A stretch of 64,000 nucleotides of DNA, from positions 24,490,001 through 24,554,000 of the forward strand of contig OZ210885.1 of assembly GCA_964658305.1 (NCBI GenBank). Direction: 5' to 3'. The notes below the pieces were generated by a model. That model was not told the DNA's origin, ran no database searches, and saw only the letters and a program-made list of their open reading frames with translations. Source of the DNA: Leptogorgia sarmentosa (lineage: Eukaryota). Numbering within the stretch: the first letter of the stretch is position 1; every line of letters starts with the position of its first letter. This document shows positions 36,901 to 48,792 of the stretch, piece after piece. The position numbers were made by a program, and so were the translations under genes.

Positions 36901-39862
36901 AGGTCCTAATGGAGAACATAAGAGGAAGTGAACGTGTCGCCGGAGACGGACAACCACCACGACGTGAACACGAAACACAACCAATGACTACCGAAGACGA
37001 CGAGACGTACGTCAAGTATCAAGTTGGTCCATACAACAACCAGGAAGAAAACGACACCGTGAAACTGCTTGGAATTAATTGGAACACTACGCGCGATGAG
37101 TTCTTCTACAACATGTCCGAACTGATTGAGTACGCCGAGACCTTGCCAGTCACTAAGCGTTCTTTGCTGAAGTTGACGGCAAAGATATTTGACCCGCTTG
37201 GGTTGCTCAGTCCTGTCACGATCAAGATGAAAATGATGTTTCAAATCTTATGCAAGGAGGGAGTCGATTGGGACGAACAACTTCGTGGAGACGTGGAAAT
37301 CCAATATCGAGGTTTCCTGGTGGACCTACATAAGATAAACCGGTTACGAATTCCCAGATGCTACTTTATGCTTGCTAGTACGCCAGTGTCAATACAATTG
37401 CATGCATTTTGTGATGCCTCGGGGAAGGCGATGGGCACAGCCGTTTATCTCAGATCAGCTTACGAAGATGGTATTGTACAAGTGCGTTTAGTCGCTTCGA
37501 AAACGAAGGTAGCGCCGATTAAGAGACAGACTATCCCTCGACAAGAACTGCTCGGGGCAGTTATCCTCGCCCGACTGGTTGACACAATCGCGAATGCCAT
37601 ACCTCGAGAAATCGAAATATTTTATTGGACAGATTCAATGACCTATTATATTGGATCCTGAACCTCAAGCAATGGAAGCAGTACGTGCAACATCGCGTAC
37701 AGCAAATATGCGGCTTGACAAAGGGAAGAGTGTGGCGACATTGCCCAGGCCATCTGAATCCGGCCGACCTACCATCGAGAGGAATTAGTGGAGCAGATAT
37801 TGTGGAGAGCAGTCTGTGGTGGTCGGGTCCAGAATTCCTTCTCAAAACTGAGGACCAATGGCCAGTGAATCCGGTAATCGACAAGGGTGAAGCTTTCGAC
37901 GAATTAGTTAGACACCCGGCTCCGACAACGTTCATCATGATCAATCAGACTGAAAGAACGGGAGGCGTAGATGTTGGCAAAATTATTGTCTGCGAACGAT
38001 TCAGCAGCCTGAATTCACTACTTCGAGTAACAGCGTATGTGTTTAGAGCAGTCGTGTCCTTCAAACGGAAAGCCAAGGACCACTCGAATCAATTGACTAA
38101 GGCACGGGAGTTGACGGCGGAAGAAATCAACACGGCAGAAACCTGTTGGATCAAGTCAGTTCAAATGACGGCGTTTGATGAGGAACTTGCGTATCTAAGT
38201 GGGAATCAGAGATCTAGTACCCCGTCACTCATGCCTCAGTTGGGACTGTTTGTAGACCGGGATGGTGTCCTCAAGAGCAGGGGTCGAATCTGGCACGCGG
38301 ATCTGCCACAATCAACCAAGACTCCTGTTCTGTTACCAGCGAAGCATGGGTTTGTCCAACTGGTTATTTTCGCCTTCCATGAAAGGGTGAAACATAGCGG
38401 AATAAGAGATACCTTGTCCACTGTTAGAGAAAGATTTTGGATCTTACGAGGGCGTGAGGCGATTAAAAGAGTCATAAGGAAGTGTGTGTTGTGTCGAAAG
38501 TTACAAGGACAGCCATTTCAACCCGAGGTTTTGCCAGATTTACCAGCTGATAGTGTATCGGAGGATCCTCCCTTTCACCATACAGGACTAGACTTTGCTG
38601 GTCCTTTGTTTGTGAGGCGATCGAAGGAGTCCGAAGAAGAGAACGAAATGGTCAAGGCGTATGTGTGTTTGTTCACATGCCAATCAACGAGAGCAATTCA
38701 TTTGGAACTGCTTCTACGTCTAGACGTTCTATCATTTTTGCAAGCGTTCCGCAGATTTGCCAGCAGAAGGGAACTGCCATCAACCTTGTTGTCAGACAAT
38801 GCGAAGAATTTTAGGTCGTCGTCTAAAGACGTAGCGAAGATTGTACGATCTGATGAAGTGAAGAGATATCTCGCCACCAATAGAATCGCGTGGAATTTCA
38901 TAGTGGAGCGAGCGCCTTGGTGGGGGGGTTTCTGGGAGCGCCTGGTAAAGAGCGTCAAGGGGTGTATCAAACGAGTTATTGGAAGAGCGTCATTATCGTT
39001 CGAAGAAATGAGGACAGTGCTCACAGAAGTGGAAGCAATCATTAATGCACGCCCTTTGACTTATTTATATGACGACGAGGAATCTATTTCATATCCGTTA
39101 AGTCCGTCCCATTTGATAAATGGTCATCGAATTACTACGACACCGAACAGCGAGCACTTTGACGTAGTCAGCACGTACAAGACCCTAACGAGAAGAGCCC
39201 GACATCAGAAGAACATTTTGCAAATGTTTACTAACCAATGGAGGAAAGAGTATTTGACCGGATTGCGGGAGCAGCATCGTATTAAGGCGAAGAAGCAAGG
39301 GGGACCATCTATATCCGTTGGTGACGTTGTAATTGTAAAGAACGACTCAACGTCAAGGTTGTTTTGGAAGCTTGCGATAGTGGAAGAGTTGATACAGGGA
39401 AGTGATGGGAAAGTTTGAGCAGCAATGGTCAAGGTGTCTAACGCTGACAAGAAACCGTCTCGACTGCGACGAGTCATACAACATCTATATCCAATCGAGA
39501 TGAAATGCGAGAACCAAGAAGGTCAGGAAGGACAAGAAAAGGCGGAGCTTGAACTGGAAGATGCGACAATAAACTGGAAAGGCCGCGAAGAAAGACAGCT
39601 GAGAGAGGAGAACTACAACGAAAGAAGAATATGTAGGGACTTATTGATCACCCCGTGGTGAATCAATCCGGGGGAGTGTAAGAAACTGCTAGACAGTGTT
39701 ATTTATAACCGGAACTGAGTTGGACTTCCGGTTAGCACTGCGGGGGGGGTTTGTTGTTGTTGTTGTTGTACAATTTTGAGGCAACGGGTTTGGTTGTGTT
39801 TTTTTTGAAACGATCGAGGATCAATAAAATGTCCAAATAAATCAGTGTGCGACTTTATTATA
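33957..39862 (+). mobile_element. BEL/Pao LTR retrotransposon, both LTRs present, coding region decayed
   Basis: LTRs 33957-34140 and 39677-39862; 5-bp TSD ATATG; PBS TGGCGCCTAACGTGGGGC (tRNA-Lys-like) at 34141; PPT before the 3' LTR. Confidence 0.96.
34206..39661 (+). pseudogene. BEL gag-pol polyprotein with a gag deletion, stops and frameshifts
   Basis: LPKLTLLKFKG (DUF1759-like), triple Cys-His knuckles, LFDNGSQ protease, ADIEKAF and YVDDL RT, FCDASG RNase H, GLDFAGP and APWWGGFWER integrase. Confidence 0.93.
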
Positions 39863-40979
39863 ATATGGTTCATCATCAACTGCCATAAATTCTTGTTTCA
39901 GAACGTTCTCAAGGATCGCAGTAATTCCATAAGTGTGGGTGTGGTGCTGGAACTGAGAGAAGAATATAGGAATATTAGAAATGATCCTATGTTTCTTGAG
40001 ATGACGGATGCCATAGAAGCTGTAGAAGAAATGGACATGCGAGCACAGTGCAATTATGCACTGCTTTTTTACAGTACAATCAAGGTATGGTCAATATTTT
40101 TAACTGGTTATGAATATCGAAACGATCAAACGAATTTGCGAGCTTTTCATGGACACAATCAATCGCCCTGAACTGAACGAGTTCAGTGGATATTGTGCAT
40201 TATAGATTAATTATTGCAAAGTTTGGTTACATTGTAAAGTATGCGAATTTGGTATTTACTTGTGTTATGCACGCGAATTTTATTCCGGTTTTTCCGCGCG
40301 TAATACGAGTATATCATTTCCTCATTTTAAAAGGTTCTCATTAAATATATACGTTGTATAATAAATAAATGCAATTGCCTAATACTTCTTTAAAATCACA
40401 GATTTTGCAAAAAATTGGAATGACGGAAAGTCTTTTTCCCTTCATGAAAGACTGGATGGTGAACGTTCTGTTACCAGCGCATCTAAAGCTTGTGGGAAAA
40501 TGTGAAACAAATATTGAGAACCCGGCAAATGAAGCCTTGTACAAGGCGATGCGAGATGATATCTCTCAAACTTGCAACTTGGTTATAGGAATAGTAAAAA
40601 AAGCTATTTCTAATCCGAAAGTTTGTTGTTTGATGGATAAAAATGGAGTATTTTGGTGAATTTTAATTAAGTCCTAAATTAATGCTGTACCATGTATTAT
40701 ATATGATTTCATTTCTGGGCAAAAGATTTTTTTAACCCAATGTTAAGTGCAAGGAAGTGTTTTTGTGGTCAGGTGTTTGCTTTTAACGTTCCCAAGGCTC
40801 TTTCGTTCATTGGGTCGAATTGTTCAGGTGATCTTTTAAGGTCATATGTCCGCAGTCAAGGTGTTGGATGCAACGGAGTGAAGTTTAATGTTGATAACAA
40901 ACAGTATGTGGGAACGCACATTAGATATAGTACTCTGCCAGAAAGCGTACGTGAGGATCTTCTCAAAGGTGAGTATGTG

Positions 40980-43900
40980 TAGTCCAGCTGTTAAACGACA
41001 TAAAATAGCCAAATTGTTCGTTTTGTGATAAAAGCATGAAACTTGGCTCAAATACTCATCTCGATGTGCTTGTTAATTTGTGATATGGAGGCATTTGAGA
41101 TATCGCCTATATTTCCTGTAATGCGCATGTCAAAAATCCTACAACGTGAAAACGAGGCTGAGCAAAGAAAGCTCGTTTTTATGAGTTTTATCCATTGAAT
41201 AAAGTCGAAAATAGTTGTAAAACATTGTTTAAGGATTAGTTTGTATTATTAGGTGTTTTAAGAATTTTCACATGATCACCCACGTGAAGACGGTAGGAGG
41301 TGCTGTTTCAAACCTGGTTGTAAAATTCCTCTAAACTAAAACACTAAATTATGTTAAAGTATATTTTTGTCCTTTACTTGTTAAAGCTGGAGAAATTGCA
41401 TATTTCATCTCAAAAAACTTTATTCAGCGGAGGGGAGGTGGGGGGGGGGGGTGATTGAGAGGTTCATGTATTTTAGTGTCCAGTCCTATCGCGTTTTTCA
41501 AGATGGCGACTTGCAATGTCAAAGGTTAATGTTACCGTTCATCTACAACAACTGTAAGTAAAGTTCTTGATAGTTTTTTTTTGGTTTAAAATGTTCACTA
41601 TTCAATCATAACACTTTAAATTGCTTAAATATTACAATTATCAAAAAGAAAAGACAATACTTCTATGAAATAGCGATAATTTAGTACAGTTTTATCGATG
41701 TTGAACTCAGTATTATAGTTGACACGGTAAAATATAATATGTATGGATGCATGAATGGATAAATCAACTTTATTTCAAAAGGATAAATAAGTATGAGTTA
41801 CAAAACGTTTTTGAATGAAAGCTATTGGCAATTAAATTTTAAAACCATCCAAAAGGAATTGTATAAGTCCATGATGATAGATACAAATCATTCAAGCTCT
41901 TATTAAATTTAATTACGATCTCATTTATATTACGTCGCATTACGACACTTTTTATTTTACTTTTTATTTCACTTGTATTCACTTAAAGGGTCTTGTGATG
42001 GCTACCCTCAGTAATCAGTCTACAATACCTATTAATTGGAAACTCTGTGTCATTTGTCAAGTTAAAACTAACGAGCCTCTACAATGTCCTGCAAATTCAA
42101 AAAGAAGTGACGTGGGAGCAGGATACAAATCTTTAGTCGACAACATAAAGTTGTTTCACGATGTCGGTGAGATCCCATTAAAAGTTGATCTAAGTAAACT
42201 GAATGATGGTTCAGGAGTTGAAAATTCATTACTCCAAAATAAAGCTTCATGAGCTTCATGGCATAAGTCATGCAGGAACAAATTTAACATTACTGAGATC
42301 AAAAGAGCTCAAAAACGAAAGGCATGTGAGAATGAAAGACGACCCAAAGAAAGCAGCCCATGTAGGACGAGGTGGACAAGCTCATTGCATTCTTTTAAGG
42401 GGAAGAGTAGTGAACTTAGATGTTTCTTCTGCGATGAAGTTGATAGTAATGCTAACCTCCATCGTGCATCGACTGAAGTAATAGATAAAAGAGTGAAAGA
42501 ATGTGCTGTCCAATTAAAAGACAGGAATCTCCTAACCAAACTGGCTGCTGCCGGTGATATGGTAGCCCTAGAAGCAAAATATCACTCCCGCTGTCTGGCA
42601 TCGTTGTACAATCGCTACAGGAAAATGGCCAACACAAATAGTGATAAAGCATCAGGACAAGAAAAACGCCTGCACGGAATTGCTTTTGCAGAAATCATTT
42701 CCTACATTGAAGAATTCTTTGAAGAGAGAAATACGAGTAGTAATGTTCCCAGTCTCAGGCTAGCAGATCTTGCGAAGATGTACATGACAAAACTCAAAGA
42801 ACTAGGTGTTGATACAAGTCGTGTCAATACCACAAGACTAAAAGAAAGAATACTGTCAACTTTACCACATGTGTCAGCACATCCGCAAGGAAGAGACATA
42901 GTATTAGTTTTAGATCGTGATGTTGGGGGCGCCATAAAGTTGCTAAATGACCAAGACACTGATGTTGAGGCAATGCATCTCGTCAGAGCTGCCAAAGTAA
43001 CACGCAAGGACATCCTGAAGCAGAATCAGTCATTCAAAGGAACATTTGACACTGACTGCCAAGAGAACGCAATCCCTCAGTCTCTTAAAGCTCTCATTAA
43101 TTTTATTTTGAGAGGGCCAGGTACCCAAAGAAACACAGCCATCAAAGAATCAGTAGAAGTAAATGAAACACAAGCCTCCCGTTCTATATCTCAGCTAATT
43201 ATCTACAACACAACCATACGTCAGGCTAAAACACCCCAAAATGCTACACGCCATAAGAGAGAAAGAGAAACACCTCTCCCAATATATGTTGCACTCAAAA
43301 TACATGGCCTTACTAGAGGACGAGGTTTGATCGACGCACTATTCAACCTTGGACTTTGCATTTCCTATGACAGAGTGTTAAGCATATCAACAGACATTGC
43401 GAATGCCATGTGTGAACGATTTGACAAAGATGGTGTAGTCTGTCCTCCAGTATTAAGAAGTGGAATCTTTACTACAGCTGGCTTTGATAATATTGATCAT
43501 AATCCGAGCTCCACTACATCTCGAGATTCATTTCATGGCACAGCAATTTCACTAATTCAACACCCGACAAAGCAAACACCGGGAACTGTTAGAGAAGCGA
43601 CTGTTATAGATGGCCGCCCTCAGAAAGAAAGGGAAATTTCCTCACTACCAACCCAATTCAGTGATGTCCAGCCATTAGTTTTATTACAGCGAGATCTGTC
43701 ACCTCCACCACTGATCGGGCAGCTCCCAGACGTAGAGAATGTGAACAATTATGCATACAAGAAAGAAGACCAGTGGCTTCTTAATGTAAAGGAACTTATG
43801 AGGAAAGAGAAACTTGAATCAGATGATAATATTTCATGGGCTGCTTACCATGCATCAAACGAACGGGAACTGAACTATGAACCAGCTATTACTTCACTGA

Positions 43901-46782
43901 TGCCCTTGTTCCTAGAAAACGCACATTCTGCTCCAATGATTCTTCACGGTATGAATGTCATCCGCTCCGCAGTAGGGCTAGTAAATCCAGGTCAGACTCC
44001 CGTTATCGCAATGGACCAGCCGCTTTTCGCTCTGGCGAAACAGATCCAGTGGCAATGGCCCCACACTCATGGAGAAGACAAACTGTTGGTGATGTTTGGA
44101 GGTTTGCATATTGAGATGGCAGTGCTAAGAACATTGGGTAATTATTGCATAATAGTTATTATTTTTCCATCTATTTAAACATTGTTACTGATTTAAATGT
44201 TTTTCCTTTTTAATCTCATATATTGTTAGCGAATTGATCATTGCGTTTTTAAGAACTTTGTATTATTATTTAGGTAAGTGGCTAGATAAGAGTGGATGGA
44301 CAACTGTCATGGTAAATGCTGGTGTTGCAACCCCTGGTGTTGTCGACTCTTTCACCTCAGCTAAACACATCACAAGAACTAGAAGAGCTCATCAAGTATC
44401 TTCCGCCTCCCTGTACATTCTTCAGCAGTGTGCATATGAAAAGTACGTTACAAAAGCTGAAGATAGAGTCCCCCTGTCGTTTACAGATTGGAGAGATAAG
44501 AAATCAGAACAGTGCCCACAATTTCTCTACTGGTGCAGAGTCATGGAGCTGCAGCTACTTTCCTTGCAGTTGGTTAAAGCATTTAGGACAGCGGATTTCA
44601 AGTTGTATGTTGACTCCCTAACGAAGATGATGCCTTGGATGTTTGCACTTGACCAGACAAATTATTGCAGATGGTTACCAGTCCATATCCGTGATATGCA
44701 AGAGCTTCCTATCAAACACCCTGATGTGTACGAGAAATTTACCAGTGGCTTCTTCGTTGTTCATAAGACGCAGAAACGATTCTCTGCTATGGCACTGGAC
44801 CAGGCACACGAACAGGAGAACGCAGTGATCAAAGGTGAAGGTGGGGCGGTAGGACTTACGGAGAACCCAGGCGCTCTAAAACGCTGGATGATTTCTGGGC
44901 CCGAGATTGCCAGAATCGTCAACGAATTTGAAAAGACAACAACAACATCCTCTAATGACAGTCTAAAGCACCACGAACAGTCATACAGTCATCGAGTGGC
45001 ATTTCAGAAGGATATACAGTCAGTGGTTGACAGTTTTGAAGAGCTGGGAAATCCCTTTTTGGAGGAAGGTAAAGATCTGCTAGCAGTTGACACCAAGGAT
45101 ATCATGAACAATGACGTTGTGGAAGCTGTGAAGAATGTTGAGAAAATAGGCCAAGAAAAGCACTCAACGTATGTAGAATGTAGACTGAAACGCAGGACAA
45201 CACCCATCACAGAGCCTATCACGAAAAACAAGTTGTCTTTATTTAATAATTCATACGAGAACGTTCAATCCAAGGACAAATCAAAGATTCTTCAGTTAAA
45301 AAATGACTGTTCATTGTTCTCTCGGTTGTATATTGCGTGTCAAAACCGAGACGGAAACCTTGAAGAGTTCTTTAAGCACGAAAATCAGCCTTGGCCACCG
45401 TCACTAGCCGACAAAGGAGAACTCAGAAAAGGACAGAAATCTGACCTAGTGAAATGCCTTGAGGCCCTTCAGACAAACATCACCAATGAAGCCCCCGTAG
45501 TGGAGAGTGTGGTTGTAGATGGCGCAGTTGCCGTTCAAATGTTGAAACCAGGCACAGCACGTACCTTTCAAGAGTATATTGATACTGTTTTCAAGCCCTA
45601 TGTCCTCAAGCAACTTGAACATGTCAAGAGAGTAGACATCGTATGGGATGTGTACAGAGAAGACTCACTGAAAACAGGCACAAGAGAAAAGAGAGGTAAA
45701 GCAACACGTCGCAGAGTGTTACCAACAACTGCTATCCCAGGCGACTTGAGCTCTTTTCTTCGTGTGGATCAAAATAAAGTAGAACTCTTCCACCTACTAT
45801 CCCAAGAAACGGCCTCGTTGGAAGTAGAACATCGAGAAATATATACCACCATCGATAAAAATGTCTTACACTCTGGGTCATGTCGAAATGATCTATCACC
45901 TCTACAGCCATGTACACATGAAGAAGCAGACACAAGGATCATGTTACATGTGAAGGATTCAGCTGTCTGTGGACATCAAAGTATCATGATACGAACCATT
46001 GACACTGACGTTGCTGTATTAGCAATATCAATGAATCTAATCTAAAAGCTAATCTAGACTGTACAGCCTTATGCCTCTGTGCTGGGCATTCTCTCCAAGA
46101 CTCCTGATCAGGCGATGTAAGTTACGTTTGTGGTTACACAATAACAAAATCAAATTACGTTTTAGTTCATTTGAGTCACGTGTTTTAGCACGCGATAATT
46201 TTAACTCTCTCACAGTCTTTCTAGATTAACCCCTTAAAACAATTTCAGCAATATTTGACGTCAAAATGGACTAGGGACGTGACATTTTTGGTCAGCCTCG
46301 TTTTCATATTATTTTTTTGGCATACACATTTAAAAAGGTAGGCCTTTTCTGAGATAACGTCTGTCTCCATATCACAAATTAACAAGCACATCGAATTGAG
46401 TAAGTATGGCAGGTTTTATGCCTTTATCACTGAACGATCTATTTTTGTTTTAAGAGCCTTCTATTTCGTTTGAGTCACGTGGTTGACCATGTGTTATTCA
46501 CTAAAACGCTCTCACAACATTTCTCCATTTTCTAACTCCTTAAACAATGTTTTACAACTATTTTCGACATTATTCAATCGATAAAACTTATAAAAACGTG
46601 CTTTTTTTGCTCAGCCTCGTTTTCATGCTGGAGCATTTTTGACATGCGCATTACAGGAAATATAGGCGATATCTCAAATGCCTCCATATCACAAATTAAC
46701 AAGCACATCGAGTTGAGTATTTCTGCCAAGTTTCATGCTTTTATCACAAAATGAACAATTTTTCACCTTAACAGCTGGACTA
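40980..46782 (+). mobile_element. Academ DNA transposon in an intron of the ATPase-like gene
   Basis: Termini TAGTCCAGCTGTTAA...TTAACAGCTGGACTA with about 300-bp imperfect TIRs; 3-bp TSD GTG; duplicated subterminal block at about 46150-46480. Confidence 0.92.
41998..46108 (+). pseudogene. Academ transposase with XPG-like domain, disrupted
   Basis: FDNIDHNP, SFHGT, MDQPLFALAK, FGGLHIEM, DQAHEQEN, HEEADTRI, DTDV; intron about 44139-44273; in-frame TGA at 42250; deletion near 46040 before the terminal CTALCLC. Confidence 0.9.
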
Positions 46783-47109
46783 GTGACAATGTATTAACTT
46801 ATTTGTACATGTATGAAATTGAAAAATTGCTATGCATATGTAATCGAAATTTATTCAAAATCAAAACACATCACAGCACTATAAAGAGACATTTAACCGA
46901 TACTTAAAATGGTGAAAATCAATGTTACGTATAATTCAATAGGTCCTACGGTTTTAGGTGTTTTTTTTATAATTCTACAGGTCCTACAATAGGCCTGCAA
47001 ACATCGTATACCATGCGACATTTGCATTTAACATCATTATATGTGTATTCTATTATACTTTTTAGCTTTCGATATTCAGCATGGTACCAGTGACAGTAAA
47101 TCCATCAAC

Positions 47110-47485
47110 GAATACGTTGAACCCACCAGAAAATCTGTTGAACCCACCAGAAAATACATTGGACCCACCGGAATATACGTTGAACCCACCTGAAAAGACG
47201 TTGAACCCACCAGAAAGTACGTTGAACCCACCAGAAAGTATGTTGAACCCACCAGAAAATACGCTGAACCCACCTGAAAATACGTTGAACCCACCTGAAA
47301 AGACGTTGAACCCACCAGGAAATACGTTGAACCCACCAGGAAATACGTTGAACCCACCAGGAAATACGTTGAACCCACCAGAAAAGACGTTGAACCCACC
47401 AGAAAGTACGTTGAATCCACCAGAAAAGACGTTGAACCCACCAGGAAATACGTTGAACCCACCAGAAAAGACGTTGAATCCCCAG
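47110..47485. repeat. 21-bp minisatellite, about 18 copies
   Basis: Consensus GTTGAACCCACCAGAAAATAC. Confidence 0.97.
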
Positions 47486-48671
47486 GTGAACACATGAGGT
47501 CAGTTCACAAGGCTGTTTCATGCTGTTATAGCTTTATTAGTAGTTCATGCACAAGCCAGCATAAAAGTGGTCCGCGAATGATAATTGGAGTGCACCCAAT
47601 ATGTTTTGTGAAGTATAGTTTTACGTACGGTTTGATCTCTGATCTAATATACAATAAGATTACTCGCTCTCCTTTTATACGAGATGATAGTTGATTTAAG
47701 CTTCATTCTCATCACATATCATTTCATAGAGTTCTCGAGCTAGCTCGTAATCTAATTATAAATTAGAGGAAATGGTCATTTATCGTACCATTGAAACATG
47801 ATTGAAGGAATAATCAAAGACGAAACTGATTGAAAATTGTGAAATCGTCGCAAGATGTATCGTAAATACTGCAGTAAATACTTTTTAAATGCTTGTTCTT
47901 TTTTCTTAGGTGGAATGAACAAAAAGAAAAGAAGTGCATTGAGTGACTCGCTAACGGACTACTTCAAGCCATCAGCTAAAAAAAGACGTTAATATGTTGA
48001 CAAAATCATTACCACTGCCACAGAGTAATTACACACAGGGGTCTCACTTGGCGAAAAAATACAGGAGGAAAAAATCCATGCCCTTAATTAGTTTACCTAT
48101 TTGTTTGTAGCCAGCCTCTGGGTGCGACATTGCTGGCGGCCAGACAAAAACACCTTGCGCTTTGTTGAAGCGATAACCTAACCTACCCTGTGTGTGTTAC
48201 TGCGGTTCATGTTATCTTTTTAATACGAAGTAGTAAATGACTTGTTTAAAAATAAACTGCTTCTTTATTGGGACGATTTCAAGTTTGTTTTTTCACGTAG
48301 TGGTAGTGGTAGCGAGTTGTGTATGGTGACCATGGTCTTAAACCTGAAGTTTGCGACGACTTACAGTAGTCACACTATGGGCGTTCAACAAAACTTAGCA
48401 GTACAAATTTTCCCATGGCAAACTTGAAAGTCTTGTATTCAGTTTAAATTCTTTTTATTAGGAACTATAATCAAGAATTAATACATGCCCCAATTTCGGC
48501 GTGATGCCTTGTGTCACTTTAGCATCTTCTTTTGCCAATTGATAGTATTTTGTTTTGGGTGTGTCAAATTGCGTACAGGCATGCAGCAATTCTATCACGT
48601 AAGACTGGGGCTAACAAAGTCTTGAAAAAAGGAATGAATGGAAAACATATTTTAGAATCAAGGGCAGAATA

Positions 48672-48792
48672 CTATTAGTACTATGGAGTACTATGTAGGG
48701 CTATGTACCATTATGGAGGGTTAAGAAAAGATATTCGTAATTCATGATTACGAAGATGTATAGAATGCTATGTAGTACTATGGAGTTCCATG
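48672..48792 (+). repeat. Degenerate internal copy of the element B right-TIR segment plus the first 10-bp units
   Basis: TATGTAGGGCTATGTACCATTATGGAGGGTTAAGAAAAGATATTC...ATGTATAGAA resembles 57500-57567 in the same orientation. Confidence 0.8.

Larger units (their letters stand above)
32551..47992 (+). pseudogene. Multi-exon AAA+/helicase-like gene of element B, internally deleted
   Basis: Exons at about 32551-32906, 33237-33310, 33556-33671, 33769-33893, 39902-40084, 40402-40620, 40773-40968, 47910-47992. GVPLIVAY then a stop where Walker A is expected; LPFWWDD (Walker B-like); PLVTMN (sensor-1-like); SRIAVIP (Arg-finger-like); C-terminal KKKR and AKKRR. Confidence 0.55.

Noticed and set aside
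47110..47485. CRISPR array (repeats starting GTTGAA)
   Set aside because: Units are head-to-tail with no unique spacers, no cas genes, and the context is eukaryotic.
47062..47521. SGGFNVF / TLNPPEN repeat ORFs
   Set aside because: Stop-free 21-bp minisatellite, open in four frames and located in a predicted intron.
48030..48200. Small CAGGG...CCCTG MITE
   Set aside because: Inverted match of only about 10 bp and no TSD.
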